From an uncultured Lentisphaerales bacterium (GTDB lineage: Bacteria; Verrucomicrobiota; Lentisphaeria; JABSQK01; UBA12247): a DNA stretch of 64,000 nucleotides. Position numbers and translations under genes: made by a program. The notes beneath the pieces are model-generated. The model was not told where the DNA came from and did not search any database. It saw only the letters and a program-made list of their open reading frames with translations. How positions within the stretch are numbered: the first letter of the stretch is position 1; every line of letters begins with the position of its first letter. The stretch covers positions 64,001-128,000 of the forward strand of contig CALSSJ010000002.1 in assembly GCA_943788985.1 (NCBI GenBank). The letters run 5' to 3'. This document shows positions 61,941 through 64,000 of this stretch, one piece after another.

Positions 61941-63914
61941 TCAGCGGGGAGGCGCGCCGGGGAATTGTTGGGGATCGGGTGTGTGCAGTTGCCCGTAGAG
62001 GGCTTTGAGGCGGACACGGATGGTCTCGGCGGGGGCAAGCTGATAGGCGCGTTCGAGGACACGACAGGCTTGCTGGTACAGGCCTTGCTGATAGTACATG
62101 ACGGAGGCGTCGCCGAGGAGGGAGGTGTCGTCGGGGGTAAGGGCAAGGGCTTTCTCGAAGTGAAACCGGGCTTTGGCTGGATCGGGCATGGTCTGGACGT
62201 AAACCATGCCGACGCGCCGGTGGCCGATGGAAGCAAAGAGGGGGTTAGGGTGCTCGGTAGTTGCTTTGTGAGCAGCGAGGTAGAGGTCGGTGTTCTTGGC
62301 CTCCCAAGCCCTGTCGGCCATGACTTGGAGGTTGTTGCGCGCGTTCTCGCTGGTGGACGTGAAGGCAAAGCAGCGTTTGAAGGCGGCGATGGATTCGGGG
62401 TAGCGCTGGTCTTCGTAGTAAGCGTTAGCCAGACCAAACCAGGCTGGGCCATATGCGGGGTAGAGTTCGACGGAGCGTTCGAGGCAGGTATAGGCATCGT
62501 CGAGCCAGACGCGCTTCTGGTCTGCAGACTCCGCAGACTCGGCCGCGGCGATGAGTGCGGCTCCGGCGATCATCTGCATGCGGGCGCTATTGGTGGAGAC
62601 GTGGCGATCGGCCATGGCAAGGGTGAAATCGTCGCGCCAATTGAGGGTGCGGGCAAAGGTGAGGCCGGCGAAGAGGACGGCTACGAGGATGGCAAGGGCG
62701 ACGCCGAGCTTGCGGTTGTTTGCGGAGTTCGCAGCGAGTATGCGGCTGAGCCCGAGGGCTGCGATCATCGCAAAGCCGAGCGATGGGATGTAGACGAACC
62801 GCTCGCTCATAAAGGCGCCGATGGGAAAGACGAGGTTGGAGACGAGAACGAAGGTGAGCGCATAGAAGGCGATGGCACCGGGAATGATTTTTTGGCCCGC
62901 GCGCAGGAGGACGATGGCGGTGCCAATGAGGCTGGCGTGGAGGGCGGTGGAGAACAGGGCGCGGAGGTCGCCCAAGTTTAGGATTGGGATGTGGAAGGGG
63001 TAGTAGTCGTGGGTAAGCGGATAGGGGAGGACGAGTAGCTTGAGGTAGATGAGCCAGGTGTAGGCGACGGTGGCGAAGCGCTGGCCGGTGGAGGCGTGCA
63101 GAAAGGGGTCGTTCATGATGTCTTGGTGCTCGATGCTCTCGGGGATGCCGAGGATAGCGAGGCGCAGGGCGACGTAGGCGATGCTGGCGAGCAGTATCGG
63201 AAGGGCGACGCGAATGGCTTCGCCGCGAGTCTTCACGCGGCCGCAAAGGTAGAGCAGGAGGGGGCCGGCAACGACGAACGAAACGGGGGTTTCTTTGGCC
63301 AGCAGGGCGAGAAAGAGGACGCAGCCGGAGCCGATGGACCACCAGTGCGAAGATTTGCGGAGTCCGCAAACCGCAAGCGCTAGGGCGGATAGGGCGAGGA
63401 GTAGGCAGAGGAGTTCGTCGCGACTTTTGATGTTTGCGACGACTTCGGTGTGAAGTGGGTGAAGGGCAAAGACGGCGGCGGTGAGAAAGGGCCAGGAGCG
63501 CCACCAACTGCCGCTCGTCTGGGTGGCGAAGAGCCAGTAGATCAGCAGAATGGTGAGGGCGTAGAGCAGGACGTTACTGGCGTGCTGAAGGTGAGGCAGG
63601 GCCGCGGAGTTGCCGAAGAGTTGGGATTCGATGGCGAAGGTTGCGAGGGTGAGGGGGCGGTAGCGCCCACCGGAAACGCGATTGCGCTCGCTGCCAAAGT
63701 AGCCGGTGAAGAGTTCGGTGGTGAAGATGTCGGGCAGCCCGGAAAAGCCTTGGGCGGTGAAGGTGTTGCCGGTGATGTAGATCTTGTCGTCCATGGCGTA
63801 GCCGAAGGTGACGCTGATCCCATAGAGGGCGAGAGTGCCGAGCACCAGGACAAGACAGGGGACCCGGTGCAGGCGCAGCCACGGCGGGCTAGCTGAGCGC
63901 TTGCGTTTTTTCAT
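61941..63914 (-). CDS. TMTC-like GT-C glycosyltransferase with C-terminal TPRs
   Basis: MDD, YRPLTLATF, FALHPLHTEVVANIKSRDE, LLAKE, PYPLTHDY, ERFVYIPSLG, then TPRs. Confidence 0.85.
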   Translation of the reverse strand: MKKRKRSASPPWLRLHRVPCLVLVLGTLALYGISVTFGYAMDDKIYITGNTFTAQGFSGLPDIFTTELFTGYFGSERNRVSGGRYRPLTLATFAIESQLFGNSAALPHLQHASNVLLYALTILLIYWLFATQTSGSWWRSWPFLTAAVFALHPLHTEVVANIKSRDELLCLLLALSALALAVCGLRKSSHWWSIGSGCVLFLALLAKETPVSFVVAGPLLLYLCGRVKTRGEAIRVALPILLASIAYVALRLAILGIPESIEHQDIMNDPFLHASTGQRFATVAYTWLIYLKLLVLPYPLTHDYYPFHIPILNLGDLRALFSTALHASLIGTAIVLLRAGQKIIPGAIAFYALTFVLVSNLVFPIGAFMSERFVYIPSLGFAMIAALGLSRILAANSANNRKLGVALAILVAVLFAGLTFARTLNWRDDFTLAMADRHVSTNSARMQMIAGAALIAAAESAESADQKRVWLDDAYTCLERSVELYPAYGPAWFGLANAYYEDQRYPESIAAFKRCFAFTSTSENARNNLQVMADRAWEAKNTDLYLAAHKATTEHPNPLFASIGHRRVGMVYVQTMPDPAKARFHFEKALALTPDDTSLLGDASVMYYQQGLYQQACRVLERAYQLAPAETIRVRLKALYGQLHTPDPQQFPGAPPR

Positions 63915-64000
63915 GGCTGGGGCCGGGCCTTGAGGAAGTGTACGACGGTGTCGCCGTAGCGCTTCTCGCGGAGGACCTGCCAGGGGGAGTTGGCCAGCAG
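63911..64000 (-). CDS. rsmD: 3' end of a probable RsmD-family 16S rRNA methyltransferase
   Basis: WQVLREKRYGDTVVHFL then TGA overlapping the next ATG; only 29 codons visible. Confidence 0.55.
   Translation of the reverse strand: MLANSPWQVLREKRYGDTVVHFLKARPQP

Larger units (their letters stand above)
27395..62733. repeat. Dispersed 13-bp motif TGCGGAGTTCGCA (span of exact copies; not a contiguous feature)
   Basis: Exact copies start at 27395(-), 41955, 42350, 46464(-), 46665(-), 46866(-), 47067(-), 47269(-), 47449, 48566, 50085, 51733, 56653 and 62721. Confidence 0.9.

Noticed and set aside
61745..62981. ORFs 61745-62497 (-) and 61965-62981 (+)
   Set aside because: Off-frame or antisense shadows of the TMTC-like gene; only the last 22 codons of the first belong to the antitoxin start.

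Overview
A 64-kb, GC-rich bacterial chromosomal segment. A PVC-superphylum origin (Lentisphaerota/Kiritimatiellota-like) is inferred from the prepilin/H-X9-DG-type protein, sulfatase, DUF4159, FHA-GAF kinase and RAYT type. Most genes are housekeeping or envelope genes: fkp, MoxR-DUF58-transglutaminase, sucA-sucB-lpdA, nrdR, three histidine kinases, hpt, two CNNM genes, two Hsp20 genes, a sulfatase, an MFS transporter, pgi-trpS-MBL-gcvT-like, TPR-ExbB-ExbD, moaA, tRNA-Leu(CAG), thrC, Fe-S carrier genes, a giant vWA/TonB-like/DUF4159 protein, a LamG protein, a Cdc123/D123-like ATP-grasp, hflX, a RAYT transposase, a PemK/MazF toxin-antitoxin pair, a TMTC-like glycosyltransferase and the end of rsmD. 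The strongest unexplained signal is a dispersed 13-bp quasi-palindrome, TGCGGAGTTCGCA (consensus TGCGRANTYCGCA). By eye it occurs 14 times exactly and about 17 times with one mismatch, almost always inside genes, in several reading frames and on both strands, which points to a DNA-level signal. Several genes are broken by single nonsense or frameshift lesions. No CRISPR array, rRNA or integrase was seen. All family calls come from motif recognition by eye; no database searches were run.
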